64,000 nucleotides of DNA, from positions 1,376,001 to 1,440,000 of the forward strand of contig CAVRVY010000003.1 in the NCBI GenBank assembly GCA_963724765.1, read 5' to 3'. Position 1 is the first letter of the stretch. Every line of letters starts with the position of its first letter. The notes beneath the pieces are model-generated. The model had not been told where the DNA came from. It did no database searches and saw only the letters and a list, made by a program, of their open reading frames with translations. The DNA is from an uncultured delta proteobacterium. Lineage in GTDB: Bacteria; Desulfobacterota; Binatia; Binatales; Binataceae. Positions 63,974 to 64,000 of this stretch are shown piece by piece. The translations under genes and the position numbers were made by a program.

Positions 63974-64000
63974 ATGATCAAGTGCAGCGAGTGCGGCTAC
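63974..64000 (+). CDS. 5' end of a zinc-ribbon protein (truncated by the window edge)
   Basis: MIKCSECGY (CxxC knuckle), with GAGGTG upstream. Confidence 0.55.

Overview
GC-rich bacterial chromosomal window. Gene content and style suggest a soil or acidophile lineage such as Candidatus Binatota (inference only). About 50 genes can be called, mostly housekeeping or metabolic. They include an ArsR-SRPBCC-transglutaminase unit with a deleted PhnB/VOC remnant, pyrD/thyX/UDG, mtnA, a Dpp/Opp ABC module and two tandem EmrB-type MFS genes. A large nitrogen-assimilation block runs sigma54-glnK-amt-porin-DUF2934-PP2C-Ser/Thr kinase ... lrp-gltB-gltD. No rRNA, tRNA, CRISPR array, integrase or transposase was recognised. 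The best candidates for uncharacterised systems are: (1) a tightly coupled ppx - TMK-like - TMK-like (Walker A Lys to Arg) - CHAD - sixA polyphosphate operon; (2) a luxE-luxC-class III aminotransferase operon with no luxAB, possibly an acid-to-aldehyde-to-amine route; (3) a Psr/Ttr/Arr-like molybdoenzyme without a Tat signal, next to a fused FeS-NrfD subunit; (4) a small basic coiled-coil plus winged-helix-like protein resembling a nucleoid-associated silencer; (5) a degenerate PIN-like gene behind gltD. A lower-GC segment at about 36710-42100 starts with a 33-nt poly-T run and carries broken polysaccharide-modification genes. It may be a decaying island or a long-read artefact. All calls are by eye from motifs; no searches were run.
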